A stretch of 64,000 nt of DNA, taken from positions 416,001 through 480,000 of the forward strand of contig CAXXOA010000002.1 of the NCBI GenBank assembly GCA_963666275.2. Reading direction: 5' to 3'. Below are positions 49,591 through 63,362 of this stretch, piece by piece. The notes under the pieces were generated by a model, which had not been told where the DNA came from, ran no database searches, and worked only from the letters and a program-made list of their open reading frames with translations. Numbering within the stretch: position 1 is the first letter of the stretch; every line of letters starts with the position of its first letter. Origin of the DNA: Oceanispirochaeta sp. (GTDB lineage Bacteria > Spirochaetota > Spirochaetia > DSM-2461). The position numbers and the translations under genes are program-made.

Positions 49591-52044
49591 CTATTCTTCC
49601 AGTGGGGTGTCGTCCTCATCTTCTTCCTGAGTGACTGCAACACCGATAACTGAGTCACTATCATTAAGATTGACAATTCTCACTCCAAAAGCATTCCTTC
49701 CAATCACTGAAATGTTCTCAATTTTCAGCTTGATAGCTTTCCCAAGCGAAGTTATGGAAATGATGGAATCACTTTCATTAACAGACAGGGCTGCAATAAG
49801 CTTTCCCGATTTTTCATTAATGTTGTAGGCTTTCTGTCCCTGTGTTCCCCTTCCGTGTGGATGGAAATCATCAAAGTTGGTTCTTTTACCGTATCCATAC
49901 TCAGAAAGAAGGAATAACTGCTGATCTTCCGTTACAGAAGCCACACCAACAAGGATATCATCATCGGACAATTTTATTCCCCGAACACCATGAGAATTTC
50001 TTCCCATGCAGCGAACACTATTCTCACTTACCCTCAGACCTTTCCCATTCCTTGTAATTAACATCACATCGCTGTTGCCGTCTGTAAGTTTTGCAGAAAT
50101 AAGATGATCGTCTTCATCTAGATTTATAGCTATAATTCCCCTGGTTTTGGCATTTCTGAAATCATGGGTGGTAACTCTTTTTACAACACCCATTTTGGTT
50201 GCCATGAAAAGGAAAGTTTCCTCATTGAAATCCTCAAGAGGGGCCATGGCTGTGATTTCTTCATCCGGAGCAAATTCAAACATGGTTTTAAGATGTTTTC
50301 CTCTGGATGCTCTGGAACCTTCGGGTATCTCATAGACTTTCAACCAGTAGGCTTTGCCTTCACTTGTCACAAAAAGAATATAACTATGTGTGGAGGCTAT
50401 AAAGATATGCTCTATAAAGTCGCCGTCTTTAAGGGTAGCCGAAGAGGATCCCTTTCCACCTCTTCCCTGCTCTTTATATGCCGATACAGGAATCCTTTTA
50501 ATAAAACCTCTGTTGGAGATAAGGACGACCATTTCTTCTTTTTCAATAAGATCTTCGATATTCATAGATCCTATTTCTTCCGGTCGAATTTCTGTTCTTC
50601 TCTCATCTCCGTACTTTTCGGATAGTTCTATCGTTTCTTCTTTGACAACACCCAGAATCTTCTCTTCATGGGCAAGAAGATCTTCCAGATAGTCGATATA
50701 CTTCAGTATTTCCTGAAGTTCATCCAGAATTTTCTGAGTTTCAAGACTGGTAAGCTTCTGAAGTCGCATATCCAGAATAGCCTGAGCCTGGACTTCGGAA
50801 AAATCGAATCTTTCCATCAGGTTTGCTCTGGCCATATTCACATTGCTGGATTTTTTTATTATCTCAACAACTTCATCAATATTCTCAAGAGCTATTTTCA
50901 AACCTTCCAGAATATGGGCTCTGGCTTTTGCCTTTTTCAACTCATATTCTGAACGTCTTCGGATAACAATCTGTCTGTGCTTGATAAAATGGTGCAAAAG
51001 CATCTTCAAGTTGCACAGTTTAGGCATTCCATTTATAAGAGCCAGATTATTTACATTGAAGTTGACCTGGAGATTTGTATGAGCAAAGAGAAGATTCAGT
51101 ACAACCTTGGGTGAAACTGATCTTTTCAGTTCCATCACAATCCGCATACCATTTCTGTCTGACTCATCCCTTAAATCGGAAATACCTTCAATTTTTTTAT
51201 CTTTTATAAGTTCAGCAATGCGGATAATGAGATTTGCCTTATTAACCATATAAGGAAGTTCTGTAACTATTATCGCATCTTTTTCAGCTGTCATCTCTTC
51301 CAGATAATATTTGGCTCGAACAGTTATTTTTCCCCGTCCTGTTTCAGCTGCCTGTCGGATTCCGGTTTTACCGAATATCACACCTGCCGTTGGGAAATCG
51401 GGCCCTTTTATATACTCAAGAAGTTCTTCTGTAGTGATTTCAGGATTATCAATCATGGCATTGATGGCATGACAGGTTTCTTTCAGGTTGTGTGGAGGCA
51501 TATTGGTTGCCATACCTACGGCAATACCACTGGCTCCATTTACAAGCAGCATGGGAAAGGCTGTAGGTAGGACCAGAGGTTCCTTCATGGAATCGTCGTA
51601 GTTAGGGCCGAAATCGATGGTATCTTTTTTGATATCCATCAGAATAGCTTCTGCTATTTTTGCCAGCCTCGCCTCGGTGTAACGCATAGCTGCCGGGGGA
51701 TCGCCGTCGACAGAACCGAAGTTTCCCTGTCCCTGAACAACAGGAACTCGTAAGGAGAAGTCCTGTGCCAGACGTACAAGAGCATCATAGATAGACTGAT
51801 CTCCATGAGGATGGAATTTACCGAGTACATCACCCACAATACGACCACATTTTTTATATGGCCTGTCATTTCTCAATCCCATCTCACTCATAGAATATAA
51901 AATTCTTCTATGAACCGGCTTTAAACCATCCCTTACATCAGGCAGAGCCCTGCTGACAATAACTGACATGGCATAATTCAGATAGGATTCTTTTACTTCA
52001 TCTTCAATGGCAATTGGGATTATCTTTCCGGATTGATCCTGCAC
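49591..52044 (-). CDS. gyrA: DNA gyrase subunit A
   Basis: [28 protein letters not shown] (catalytic Tyr), GyrA-box QGRGGKG. Confidence 0.98.
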   Translation of the reverse strand: MQDQSGKIIPIAIEDEVKESYLNYAMSVIVSRALPDVRDGLKPVHRRILYSMSEMGLRNDRPYKKCGRIVGDVLGKFHPHGDQSIYDALVRLAQDFSLRVPVVQGQGNFGSVDGDPPAAMRYTEARLAKIAEAILMDIKKDTIDFGPNYDDSMKEPLVLPTAFPMLLVNGASGIAVGMATNMPPHNLKETCHAINAMIDNPEITTEELLEYIKGPDFPTAGVIFGKTGIRQAAETGRGKITVRAKYYLEEMTAEKDAIIVTELPYMVNKANLIIRIAELIKDKKIEGISDLRDESDRNGMRIVMELKRSVSPKVVLNLLFAHTNLQVNFNVNNLALINGMPKLCNLKMLLHHFIKHRQIVIRRRSEYELKKAKARAHILEGLKIALENIDEVVEIIKKSSNVNMARANLMERFDFSEVQAQAILDMRLQKLTSLETQKILDELQEILKYIDYLEDLLAHEEKILGVVKEETIELSEKYGDERRTEIRPEEIGSMNIEDLIEKEEMVVLISNRGFIKRIPVSAYKEQGRGGKGSSSATLKDGDFIEHIFIASTHSYILFVTSEGKAYWLKVYEIPEGSRASRGKHLKTMFEFAPDEEITAMAPLEDFNEETFLFMATKMGVVKRVTTHDFRNAKTRGIIAINLDEDDHLISAKLTDGNSDVMLITRNGKGLRVSENSVRCMGRNSHGVRGIKLSDDDILVGVASVTEDQQLFLLSEYGYGKRTNFDDFHPHGRGTQGQKAYNINEKSGKLIAALSVNESDSIISITSLGKAIKLKIENISVIGRNAFGVRIVNLNDSDSVIGVAVTQEEDEDDTPLEE

Positions 52045-52062
52045 AATAAACTCCTAGAAAAC

Positions 52063-54357
<2,295 letters not shown>

Positions 54358-55719
54358 ATGAGCAAATACGATTACAGCATCTTCTGGGAAGAGACTATAA
54401 AACAGTTACGGGAAGAAAATGAAATTTCTGTACAGGAATTCAATATGTACTTTCAGAATATTCATTATGTGGATTCTACAAGCACTTCCATAGTTCTCAG
54501 TCTTCCCTCCAGATTTATTCAATCTCAGATAAAACAGCGCTACTCGAGTATTATTGAAGAAAGGCTGCTTGAGCTTTCCGGACTCAACCTTACGCTGGAT
54601 TTCAAAATTGAGAGTAAAAAGGTAAAAGAGTCAGAACCTAAAACTTCCGGTACAGTTCCGGAAACAGAAAATATAGAAGAAATACGGAAATCCCATCCCC
54701 AGCTAAGAAATGATTACAGTTTCAATACCTTTGTTGTGGGAAACAATAACTCCTTCGCTGCTAATGCTTCTAAAGCTATAGCCGAAAATCCGGGCTCTAA
54801 ATACAATCCCTGTCTTATATACGGGGGCGTTGGATTGGGTAAAACACATCTTATGCAGTCCATTGGTAATTATATTCATTACCATGATCCTTCCATGAAA
54901 GTTGTCTATATCCCTGCTGAAACATTTATTAATGATTTTATTGAATCTATAAATACAAAGAAGCAGACGAATTTCAAGAACAAATACAGAAATGTAGATG
55001 TTCTCCTTATAGATGATATTCATGACCTTCAGGACAAGAAGGGAACCCAGGAAGAGTTATTTCATACATTCAATGCTCTCTATGATGCCAATAAGCAGAT
55101 GGTCTTTACCTGTGACCGACCGCCTTCTGAGCTCAAAAACTTTGCAGACCGGCTGAAAAACAGGTTTGTAAGAGGACTGAACGTAGACCTTCATCCACCA
55201 AATTACGAAACCCGCTATGCCATTCTCCGTAAGAAGCTGGAAGATAAAGATGTCAGTATCTCAGATGAAATTCTGGAACTTATTAGTAAAAATATAAAAA
55301 CCAATATCAGAGATCTTGAAGCGGCCCTTACAAGTATTGTGGCCTATGCTGAACTGGTACAGAAAGAAATTACTCCGGAAATTGCCAATCAGCAACTGAA
55401 ACAGTTTTTCTCCTCACCCATTCAATCCAATATTACGATTGATAAAATTCAGAAACAGGTTTCTGACTACTTTAATGTGACTCTCAGTGACCTTAAAGGA
55501 AAGAAGAGAACAAAGCAGATTACCTTTCCCAGACAGATAGCCATGTATATCATCCGTGAAATTACTGATTTCTCGACTACAGAGATAGGATTGGAGTTCG
55601 GAGGAAGAGATCATACGACTGTTATGCACTCCTGCCAGAGAATAGAAGACAGAATGAAAACTGATTCTACCATTGAACCGACGATTCAGGAATTAATCCG
55701 TTCCATTAAAGAGACCTGA
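54358..55719 (+). CDS. dnaA: Chromosomal replication initiator DnaA
   Basis: YNPCLIYGGVGLGKTHLM, LLIDDI, QEELFHTFNAL, RQIAMY, GGRDHTTVMH. Confidence 0.98.
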   Translation: MSKYDYSIFWEETIKQLREENEISVQEFNMYFQNIHYVDSTSTSIVLSLPSRFIQSQIKQRYSSIIEERLLELSGLNLTLDFKIESKKVKESEPKTSGTVPETENIEEIRKSHPQLRNDYSFNTFVVGNNNSFAANASKAIAENPGSKYNPCLIYGGVGLGKTHLMQSIGNYIHYHDPSMKVVYIPAETFINDFIESINTKKQTNFKNKYRNVDVLLIDDIHDLQDKKGTQEELFHTFNALYDANKQMVFTCDRPPSELKNFADRLKNRFVRGLNVDLHPPNYETRYAILRKKLEDKDVSISDEILELISKNIKTNIRDLEAALTSIVAYAELVQKEITPEIANQQLKQFFSSPIQSNITIDKIQKQVSDYFNVTLSDLKGKKRTKQITFPRQIAMYIIREITDFSTTEIGLEFGGRDHTTVMHSCQRIEDRMKTDSTIEPTIQELIRSIKET

Positions 55720-56054
55720 CAATCTGTGGATAATTCCCTTATAACTGACCGGTTATGGGCAATTATCCACAGAGGGACTCTATAAATTTGTTTTTTACTT
55801 TAACTTGTGGATAAACAGGTTGTATTTATCATCAGGATGTTAACAGGCTTAAATAGCTATAAAATAATGATATAAAAGGCTTTTCCACATATTAGAAGCC
55901 TCTACTATTACTATTACTGCATTAATTTATAAAGAATTGTAATAGAAGGAATTTATTCACTTGTGTAAAAGTTAATTTGTTCATAAAAATTAGGCTGTAC
56001 AACTGATAATTTATTTTTTATTATTTTAAGATACATATCACAGGGGACAAAAAA
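55720..56054. other. oriC (dnaA-dnaN intergenic region) with DnaA boxes, DnaA-trios and AT-rich unwinding element
   Basis: TGTGGATAA 55725-55733, TTATCCACA 55763-55771, TGTGGATAA 55806-55814, TTTTCCACA 55881-55889, followed by GCC-TC-TACTATTACTATTAC (55903-55917) and an AT-rich tract. Confidence 0.88.
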
Positions 56055-57161
56055 ATGAGATTTATCTGCGATAAAAGCGTAATTGTTAAAGAAATATCTA
56101 TCGCTCAGGAAATCATTTCATCCAGAAATGCTCTTTCCATTCTTTCTAATGTACTTCTTGAAGCTGACAATGATTCTTTGGTTATTAAAGCGACAGATCT
56201 GAAGGTGGGATTTGAAACCAGAATTCCTGCCGTTGTAGAAGTCTCAGGCAGTACAACAGTATTTTGTGATAAATTCCTTGGAATACTGCGGTCTCTTCCG
56301 GATGGTGAGATTACCTTTGAACAGAATGAAAATGAAAGACTTAGTATTAAACCTTTGAATAAAAAGATCATGTTTGAGCTTAACTGCATTTCTGCAGAAA
56401 AATTTCCTGAACTTCAGAGCATAAATGATGAAAGCTATTTTGAAATTTCCCAGGAAATGTTCAACAACATGATAGCCCAGACCATCTTTTCCATTTCCGT
56501 TGATGAGGCTAGATACTTCATGAACGGTGTCTATATGGAGAAAAGTGAAGATTCTCTTCTCATGGTGGCAACAGACGGCAGAAGGCTTTCCTACATAGGT
56601 GTAAAACCCGACACTGAGATTCAGGACTTTAACGGGATCATAATTCCTCCGAAAATTCTGAATCTCATCAAAAAATTATCATCAGGAGAGGGAAATCTTT
56701 CTCTGTCGGTTACTGATAAGACCATTTTTGTGAAATTTGATAACCAGAAGATCTCATCTACACTGATTGAAGGACAGTTCCCTAATTTCAACAGGGTTAT
56801 TCCGGATTCCCAGGATTACAATGTTGTCCTATCCCGGTCATCTGTGAATGAGGCTTTGAAACGTGTTTCTCTTCTGGCTGAACAGAAATCGAAACGGATC
56901 TATATGACTTTTTCTGAAGGAAATCTCAATCTGAAATCCGAAGAGAGTGAAATCGGTATGGCAGATGAGGATATTCCCTGTGACTATACGGGAGAGGAAA
57001 TTCGTCTTGCTGTGAACTACATCTATCTGATGGATCCTCTCAAGGTGATCAAAGAGGACAATCTCCTTATCCAGTTTACAGAACCCAACAGGGCCGTCAC
57101 AATGAAATGCGAACCCGAAGGGGACTATTTTCATATTATCATGCCCATGCAGATGGACTGA
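56055..57161 (+). CDS. dnaN: DNA polymerase III beta sliding clamp
   Basis: ILSNVLLEA, ATDL, ATDGRRLS, LIEGQFPNF, IIMPM. Confidence 0.97.
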   Translation: MRFICDKSVIVKEISIAQEIISSRNALSILSNVLLEADNDSLVIKATDLKVGFETRIPAVVEVSGSTTVFCDKFLGILRSLPDGEITFEQNENERLSIKPLNKKIMFELNCISAEKFPELQSINDESYFEISQEMFNNMIAQTIFSISVDEARYFMNGVYMEKSEDSLLMVATDGRRLSYIGVKPDTEIQDFNGIIIPPKILNLIKKLSSGEGNLSLSVTDKTIFVKFDNQKISSTLIEGQFPNFNRVIPDSQDYNVVLSRSSVNEALKRVSLLAEQKSKRIYMTFSEGNLNLKSEESEIGMADEDIPCDYTGEEIRLAVNYIYLMDPLKVIKEDNLLIQFTEPNRAVTMKCEPEGDYFHIIMPMQMD

Positions 57162-57164
57162 TAG

Positions 57165-58250
57165 TTGGGTTTTGAGTCTGTAAAATTCCGCTCTTTCAGG
57201 AATCTGGAAGAGCAGGAGTTAGATCTTTCTCACAAAATAATCTATTTAGTTGGAAAAAACGGTCAGGGAAAGACAAATTTCCTCGAACTGATCTATTACC
57301 TGTGCTATGCCTCATCATTCCGAACCAAAAATGAGAAAATTCTGATCAGTGACAGATCGGAAAATTTTCATCTTGCTGCCAAGTTCAAAAAGAAAGAAGA
57401 TTTTATTCCCGATACAATAGATATTTACCTTGATCCGCATCAGAAAAAAATAAAACTCAACGGTAAAAATGTTACAGATAGAAAAGATATTGTCAGTAAT
57501 TTTCCCTGTGTCGTCTTCTGTCATAACGATCTGTATTTTGTTAATGGAAGTCCAGATAAGAAAAGGGTTTATATGGATCAGTGTATTAGTTTGAATGATC
57601 CTCTTTTTATCAATCATCTGAGGAATTATAAAAAAATACTGAAAGAGAGAAATATCCTCCTGAAGACAAAGCAGAAAAGAATGCTTGAAGTCTATACAGA
57701 AAGGTTGATAGAAACCGGTTCTCCCATCATGAAGAAACGGGGAGAACTTATTAATTTTCTCAATAAAAATTTTAACACCATCTATCAGAGCATTACTGGA
57801 CTGGATATTGAATTGACTCTTCAGTACAAAAGTTCCTGGAAACTCAAAGAGAAAAATGAAATTCTGGAGGAAATCCGGAAAAAGGAAGAGAAAGAGCTGA
57901 TTTACGGCCTTACTCTTTCGGGACCCCATAGGGATTCTTTTTCAATTATCTACAGAAATTCTGATTATTTGAATTATGCTTCCACCGGACAGTTGAGGAT
58001 AATCTCTCTTATTCTGAGAATTCTTCAATCTCAATACTATAGAATGTCCACTGGAAGGATGCCTGTATTGCTGGTAGATGATGTTCTCCTGGAGCTGGAT
58101 CAGGAGAAAAGAGTGAAAATGATGAACTATTTTCCTGAATATGAACAAATTTTTTATACTTTCCTGACAGATGATATGATCAGTTCATCCTCTGATTCCA
58201 TCTGTTATACTGTAGAAAATGGCCATTTTGGAGTAAAACAACATGGATAA
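57165..58250 (+). CDS. recF: DNA replication/repair protein RecF
   Basis: FRNL, GKNGQGKTNFLE, GPHRD, ASTGQ, LLVDDVLLELD; TTG start. Confidence 0.95.
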   Translation: MGFESVKFRSFRNLEEQELDLSHKIIYLVGKNGQGKTNFLELIYYLCYASSFRTKNEKILISDRSENFHLAAKFKKKEDFIPDTIDIYLDPHQKKIKLNGKNVTDRKDIVSNFPCVVFCHNDLYFVNGSPDKKRVYMDQCISLNDPLFINHLRNYKKILKERNILLKTKQKRMLEVYTERLIETGSPIMKKRGELINFLNKNFNTIYQSITGLDIELTLQYKSSWKLKEKNEILEEIRKKEEKELIYGLTLSGPHRDSFSIIYRNSDYLNYASTGQLRIISLILRILQSQYYRMSTGRMPVLLVDDVLLELDQEKRVKMMNYFPEYEQIFYTFLTDDMISSSSDSICYTVENGHFGVKQHG

Positions 58251-58689
58251 AGCTGAAGATATCATTTCTGAAATTTTCGGTTCAAAACTGGATGGGAGAC
58301 TGACTGAAATTCCACATGTTTTAAAAAACTGGAAGAAAATTCTGATAGATGAGCGCTTAGCGGATCACTGTAAATTTGAGGACGTTACTGAAAATCAGCT
58401 TGTCGTCTCTTTTGATCATCAGGGCTGGATACAGGTTTTCAAAATGCAGCAGAGACAGATTCTGTCCAATTTTAACAGATATTTTAAAGGTGATAGTAAA
58501 ATCACTTCTGTCAGAATGCTTATGAGAGCCGATATTGAATCCTATCGGAGCAGCGGGAAAAACAGGAAGGTGAGAGAAATTTCGAAAGAAGAAAGGGAGT
58601 ATTCTGCCCCTGCCAGTATTGAATCGATTCAGGATAGCGATTTGCGGCAAGGCCTTGAAAATCTCAGGAAAAAACTACAAGGCAAATAA
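58243..58689 (+). CDS. DUF721/DciA family protein
   Basis: Position directly after recF; W..I...LADH....L.V..DHQGW.Q pattern; basic tail. Confidence 0.72.
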   Translation: MDKAEDIISEIFGSKLDGRLTEIPHVLKNWKKILIDERLADHCKFEDVTENQLVVSFDHQGWIQVFKMQQRQILSNFNRYFKGDSKITSVRMLMRADIESYRSSGKNRKVREISKEEREYSAPASIESIQDSDLRQGLENLRKKLQGK

Positions 58690-58696
58690 TTGAGAG

Positions 58697-58725
58697 TTGA
58701 CATACTTTACTCTTATCCGTATATT
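58697..58725 (+). promoter_or_regulatory. Sigma70-type promoter of the rpmH operon
   Basis: TTGACA-N17-TATATT upstream of rpmH. Confidence 0.7.
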
Positions 58726-58767
58726 AAGCACACTAAAAAGAATTGACTACATTTAGGAGTTATATAT

Positions 58768-58923
58768 ATGAAAAGGACTTATCAGCCCAGTAAAACCAAA
58801 AGAAATAGAAAATTCGGATTCAGAGCAAGAATGAAAACCAAATCAGGTAGAGCAGTACTTGCAAGAAGAAGAAGAAAAGGCAGAAAAAAATTGTCTATCA
58901 CAGATGAAAAGAAGCCTTACTAA
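58768..58923 (+). CDS. rpmH: 50S ribosomal protein L34
   Basis: [51 protein letters not shown] (51 aa, not in the ORF track); AGGAG RBS. Confidence 0.97.
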   Translation: MKRTYQPSKTKRNRKFGFRARMKTKSGRAVLARRRRKGRKKLSITDEKKPY

Positions 58924-59242
58924 AAAAGAAATTCTTAGGAAAAAAACTGATCTAAAAAAAATCTTTGCTTCCGCTAGTATTGCAAAATGCAGGGGGGCAA
59001 AGATTTTATTTTTGCAAAATTCATTACCATATAACAGATTTGCTGTGGCCCTGGTCAGAAAATATGGTAATTCGATCGAGAGAAATTATTCGAAAAGAAT
59101 TTTAAGAGAAATTTACCGGTTGGAAAAAGAACAGCTTAAAAGTTCTTTTGATATTGTTATCGTTCTGTATCCCGGTGATTATTCGTATTGGAACAGATAT
59201 GATCAGTTTAAGAAACTGGTCAAAAGAGCGAATCTTGTTTAG
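58904..59242 (+). CDS. rnpA: Ribonuclease P protein component
   Basis: [14 protein letters not shown]..., [28 protein letters not shown] (RNR-like motif); overlaps the end of rpmH. Confidence 0.9.
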   Translation: MKRSLTKKEILRKKTDLKKIFASASIAKCRGAKILFLQNSLPYNRFAVALVRKYGNSIERNYSKRILREIYRLEKEQLKSSFDIVIVLYPGDYSYWNRYDQFKKLVKRANLV

Positions 59243-59468
59243 AATCATTAATTGGATTATAAATAAACTCTTAATATTTCTAGTATTAATTTATAAAAAG
59301 ATAATATCACCCTGGTTACCAAGATCATGCAGGTTTTATCCAACCTGTTCATCATACGCATTGGATGCTTTAAAAAAATATGGACCCTGGAAGGGGATAT
59401 ATCTGTCATTTAAACGTATTATCCGATGTCATCCTGGGAATCCCGGTGGATATGACCCTCTACCATGA
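59235..59468 (+). CDS. yidD: Membrane protein insertion efficiency factor YidD
   Basis: ISPWLPRSCRFYPTCSSYA...RIIRCHP..PGGYDP; start uncertain (TTG at 59235 chosen). Confidence 0.9.
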   Translation: MFRIINWIINKLLIFLVLIYKKIISPWLPRSCRFYPTCSSYALDALKKYGPWKGIYLSFKRIIRCHPGNPGGYDPLP

Positions 59469-59487
59469 CTAATTTTTGGGAGTTGAA

Positions 59488-61224
59488 ATGGATAAGAATA
59501 CATTTCTTGCTATTCTATTATCGGTAATTGTTATTTCTGTAGGTTTTTTTGTCCAAACAACCTTTTTTATGCCAGAAGAAGGAATTCCTGAAGCTGCAGT
59601 TACAGAAGAGAGTAATGTTGTTCAAGAAGAGTCTTCCATAGAAGATCAAACGGCACTTTCTTCCACTGAAGAAGTGGCACTGATTGATGAAGGTCTTGAA
59701 GAAAGCAATTACAAATCTGAAATAATTGAAGTAGAAACTGATAAGTTTATTGTTCGATTCAATACAGATGGTGCAGTTATCACATCCATGAAGCTGAAAG
59801 ATCACATGGATGGAGATTCGGAAGTTGATATGATTCTGAATCAGGATACTGGCCTGGGTTCTTTCGGAATGGCTTTCGGACAGAATTTCGATACCTATCT
59901 TAATGATACATTTCAGTATATTCCTGATGAGAGCAATGGAACCTACAGCTTTGTCAGGGATTTCAGAATAAGAATGGCAGATGGTTCCGTCAGCAATCCT
60001 TTCAGAGTCGAGAAAAAATTCATATTCTTTCCTGATGAATACCTTTTTGAAGTCAGAATCAATATTATCAATTCTGAGAATGTTGTACTTCCTATAAATA
60101 GCAACAACCAGGCCTATACCCTTTCAGTGGGTCCCCAGATCGGACCCGAGTTCACAAAGCTTGACGGCAGAAATGAATATAGAAAATATTACTCCCTTTC
60201 CGGAGACAAAAGAACCAACCATAAACTGAAAGATAATTTCGAAGAGGTTACCGAACAGGTTAAATGGGGGGGAATCATAGGTAAATATTTTACGATTCTG
60301 GGAGTCCCGGGTTCCGGTGTTTCCAAACTGGCATGGTCCAACTCAGCTGTTGCAGGGATGGATGAGTCCTCCCGGATGTTTTTTGTCCGTTCCGAGATTA
60401 GTAAGGCCAAGACTGAAGATGTCTACCGTTTTTACGTAGGCCCTAAAAATATTAAAAGCCTGGCTTCCTATAACAACTCCATGGATAATCCTTTCGGCTT
60501 TTCAGACATGTATATGGACAAGGCTGTAGATTCCTCATCCTGGTTGGGTTGGCTGGAATTTATCCTCAAATTCATCCTGGAAACATTTTACAAGCTTATA
60601 CCGAACTACGGTGTAGCTATTATTCTGCTTACAATTCTGATTAAGCTTTTACTTTTTCCGATCACACACAAGAGTTATGAGTCCACAGGTAAAATGCAGA
60701 GCATTCAGCCTAAAGTAAAAGAAATTCAGACTACATATAAAAATGACCCCAATAAAATGAATAAGGAGATGGCTGACCTCTATAAAAAAGAGGGAGTTAA
60801 TCCTATGGGCGGTTGTCTGCCGCTTATGGCGCAGATGCCAATTTTTATTGCTTTATATGGTCTTTTGAATAAGTATTTTGATCTAAGGGGTGCCGTATTT
60901 ATCAAGGGATGGATAACAGACCTTTCAGCACCTGAGTCTATATGGAATTTTGGGAATTTCACTTTGCCGATTCTCGGCTGGAATGACCTGAGACTGCTTC
61001 CCATGCTTTATCTGGGAACTCAGCTTCTTATGACGAAGTTTACTCAGGCACCATCCGGTGGCGGACAAAATGCCATGCAGACAAAAATGCTTACTCTCGG
61101 TATGCCTATTATGTTCTTCTTTATCCTGTATGATATGCCTTCAGGTCTTTTATTATACTGGACTGTTACCAATGTTCTTACGGCTGTACAGCAGGCGTTT
61201 ATTAACAGGAAGAATAAAAAATAG
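59488..61224 (+). CDS. yidC: Membrane protein insertase YidC
   Basis: N-terminal TM, large periplasmic domain, NYGVAIILLT, GVNPMGGCLP, WITDLSAP, PSGLLLYW. Confidence 0.96.
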   Translation: MDKNTFLAILLSVIVISVGFFVQTTFFMPEEGIPEAAVTEESNVVQEESSIEDQTALSSTEEVALIDEGLEESNYKSEIIEVETDKFIVRFNTDGAVITSMKLKDHMDGDSEVDMILNQDTGLGSFGMAFGQNFDTYLNDTFQYIPDESNGTYSFVRDFRIRMADGSVSNPFRVEKKFIFFPDEYLFEVRINIINSENVVLPINSNNQAYTLSVGPQIGPEFTKLDGRNEYRKYYSLSGDKRTNHKLKDNFEEVTEQVKWGGIIGKYFTILGVPGSGVSKLAWSNSAVAGMDESSRMFFVRSEISKAKTEDVYRFYVGPKNIKSLASYNNSMDNPFGFSDMYMDKAVDSSSWLGWLEFILKFILETFYKLIPNYGVAIILLTILIKLLLFPITHKSYESTGKMQSIQPKVKEIQTTYKNDPNKMNKEMADLYKKEGVNPMGGCLPLMAQMPIFIALYGLLNKYFDLRGAVFIKGWITDLSAPESIWNFGNFTLPILGWNDLRLLPMLYLGTQLLMTKFTQAPSGGGQNAMQTKMLTLGMPIMFFFILYDMPSGLLLYWTVTNVLTAVQQAFINRKNKK

Positions 61225-61280
61225 GTCTTATACCCGGGTAGGCTCCTGATTTAGTAATTTCGTTAACCAGGAGATATTTT

Positions 61281-61961
61281 ATGGTAAAAGAATATGAAGG
61301 AAAAACAGAAAGGGAGGCAATTGAAAAAGCAGCAGCTGATCTTGGTCTTGAGCAGGATCAATTTGATGTTGAAATTGTAGAATCAGAACAGCATGGTTTC
61401 TTTTTCAAGAGAGGTATTGTAAAGATTCGCGTCCATCTCAACGATGGACAGGATAAAAGTTCTGTTTCTGAGAAAAAATCAATTGCACCCTCCGGGGATA
61501 TTGAAACAAGTTTAATTGCTTTTCTTGAAAAGGTTATTGAACTGATGGGTTATCCCGGGGAAGTTAGCATCAGCTTCAGAAATGAAGATAAAGTAGGTTT
61601 GGATATTAAATCCTCCCATTCAGCCATACTTATTGGAAAAAAAGGGAAGAATCTTGATGCTCTTCAGATGCTTGTAAATGTTTACGCCAGTAAAATGGGC
61701 GGAAATGACTATACAGGTAAAATTATTATTGATACGGAAAATTACAGGCAGAGACGGGAGGAAAATCTTATCCGTCTGGCAAATAAGACTGCTGACCAGG
61801 TTTGCAAGTCAAAGTCTTCCAAACTTCTGGAACCAATGAATCCTTTCGAAAGGAGACTGGTACATATGGCTTTAAATGAGAAAGATGAAGTCATTACAAA
61901 AAGTGAAGGGGAAGGACTGTATAAACAGGTAAGAATTATTTACAAGGGAAGCAATCAGTAA
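61281..61961 (+). CDS. jag: Jag/EloR (KhpB) RNA-binding protein
   Basis: Jag_N, KH domain (LIGKKGKNLDALQ), R3H (PMNPFERRLVH). Confidence 0.93.
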   Translation: MVKEYEGKTEREAIEKAAADLGLEQDQFDVEIVESEQHGFFFKRGIVKIRVHLNDGQDKSSVSEKKSIAPSGDIETSLIAFLEKVIELMGYPGEVSISFRNEDKVGLDIKSSHSAILIGKKGKNLDALQMLVNVYASKMGGNDYTGKIIIDTENYRQRREENLIRLANKTADQVCKSKSSKLLEPMNPFERRLVHMALNEKDEVITKSEGEGLYKQVRIIYKGSNQ

Positions 61962-61977
61962 ATATAATAATGACTTT

Positions 61978-62015
61978 AAAAAAAAGGGTTAACCATTCCG
62001 GTTAACCCTTTTTTA
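61978..62015. terminator. Bidirectional intrinsic terminator
   Basis: A-run, GGGTTAACC-ATTCC-GGTTAACCC, T-run between convergent jag and thrC. Confidence 0.88.
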
Positions 62016-63320
62016 TTATGAAAACATCCTATGGAGTGTCTGTTTCAGATCATCCAGAGTATTTCCAATAAGTGATGATACTTTCTCTTTATCTTTTACT
62101 TCCAGAAGGGACTCAGGAAGCACAGGATCGTGTCCAACTGCTTTCTTGAATACTTCCCTGAATTTACCGGGATGAGCCGTAGAAAGGACAGTAACATTGG
62201 AATTCGGGTTGTTTTCAAGGTATGTCCTGGCAGCTTTGATTCCAACTGCAGTGTGTGGGCATATTTCATATTTATAATCGGTATAGATCTGCTTCATTGT
62301 ATTAAGTGTCATTTCATCATCGATAAAAAATCCCTGAATATCAGCCCTCATTTTATCAATATCATTGCTGTATAGGGTCTGCATCCGCTCAAAATTACTG
62401 GGAGAACCCACATCCATAGCATTGGAATAGGTCTGAACGGAGGGACGGGGAGTATAAATTCCGGATTCCAGATATTGGGGAATAACATCATTTCTATTTG
62501 TGGAAGCCAGGAAAGTTCTGATAGGGAGGCCCCACTTTTTGGCATATAGTCCGGCAGTGAGATTCCCGAAATTTCCACTGGGTACGCAGAAGACAGGATC
62601 AGATATATTCTGACTTTTTAACTGTGAATAGGCCCATATATAGTAGAAGGACTGGGGAATCAGGCGTCCAAGATTGATAGAATTGGCAGAGGTAAGATTG
62701 ATATTTTTCAATTCCCTGTCCTGAAAAGCCTCTTTGACCATTTTCTGACAGTCATCAAAGGAACCTTCCACCTCAAGGGCATGGATATTTTTTCCCAGAG
62801 TTGTCATCTGCTTCTCCTGCAGAGGACTTATCCTTCCTTTTGGATAGAGTATGACAACATCAATATTTTCCTTGCCGAAAAAAGCCTTGGCAACAGCACT
62901 TCCCGTATCTCCGGACGTAGCGGTCAATATAACAGCTCTTTCAGAGTTTGTTTTCAGAAAATATTCCATTGACGCAGCCAGAAAAGAGGCACCGAAATCT
63001 TTAAAGGCCGAACTGGGACCGTGAAAAAGTTCGAGGATCTGAAGATTATCCTGAAGTTGTTTCATCACTGGGACAAAATGGAAGGCGTTTTGAACGAGAT
63101 TTTCAGAATCCTTCTCAGAAATTTCATCGCTTAGAAGGGTATAGATAAGGGAGGACGCTATTTTATTAAAAGGGGTATCTGCCGTAAAGCTTGAAAAAAG
63201 GTCTTTCATATCAGGAAATTCTGTAGGATAGAAAAGTCCGCCATCCGGGGCTAACCCCTGAAACAGGGCCTCCTGGAATGACATCCTGATCGATTTATCT
63301 CTGGTACTGGCAAATTGCAT
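62016..63320 (-). CDS. thrC: Threonine synthase
   Basis: GLAPDGGL, ELFHGPSSAFKDFG (PLP Lys), ATSGDTG, SANSINLGR, VPSGNFGN, STAHPGKF. Confidence 0.96.
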   Translation of the reverse strand: MQFASTRDKSIRMSFQEALFQGLAPDGGLFYPTEFPDMKDLFSSFTADTPFNKIASSLIYTLLSDEISEKDSENLVQNAFHFVPVMKQLQDNLQILELFHGPSSAFKDFGASFLAASMEYFLKTNSERAVILTATSGDTGSAVAKAFFGKENIDVVILYPKGRISPLQEKQMTTLGKNIHALEVEGSFDDCQKMVKEAFQDRELKNINLTSANSINLGRLIPQSFYYIWAYSQLKSQNISDPVFCVPSGNFGNLTAGLYAKKWGLPIRTFLASTNRNDVIPQYLESGIYTPRPSVQTYSNAMDVGSPSNFERMQTLYSNDIDKMRADIQGFFIDDEMTLNTMKQIYTDYKYEICPHTAVGIKAARTYLENNPNSNVTVLSTAHPGKFREVFKKAVGHDPVLPESLLEVKDKEKVSSLIGNTLDDLKQTLHRMFS

Positions 63321-63362
63321 TATGACTCCTCTGGATTACTGTGATGTATTTAAAAAATACAT

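Noticed and set aside
58859..58903. Extended N-terminus of rnpA given in the ORF track
   Set aside because: It lies within rpmH; the ATG at 58904 gives a normal-length RnpA.
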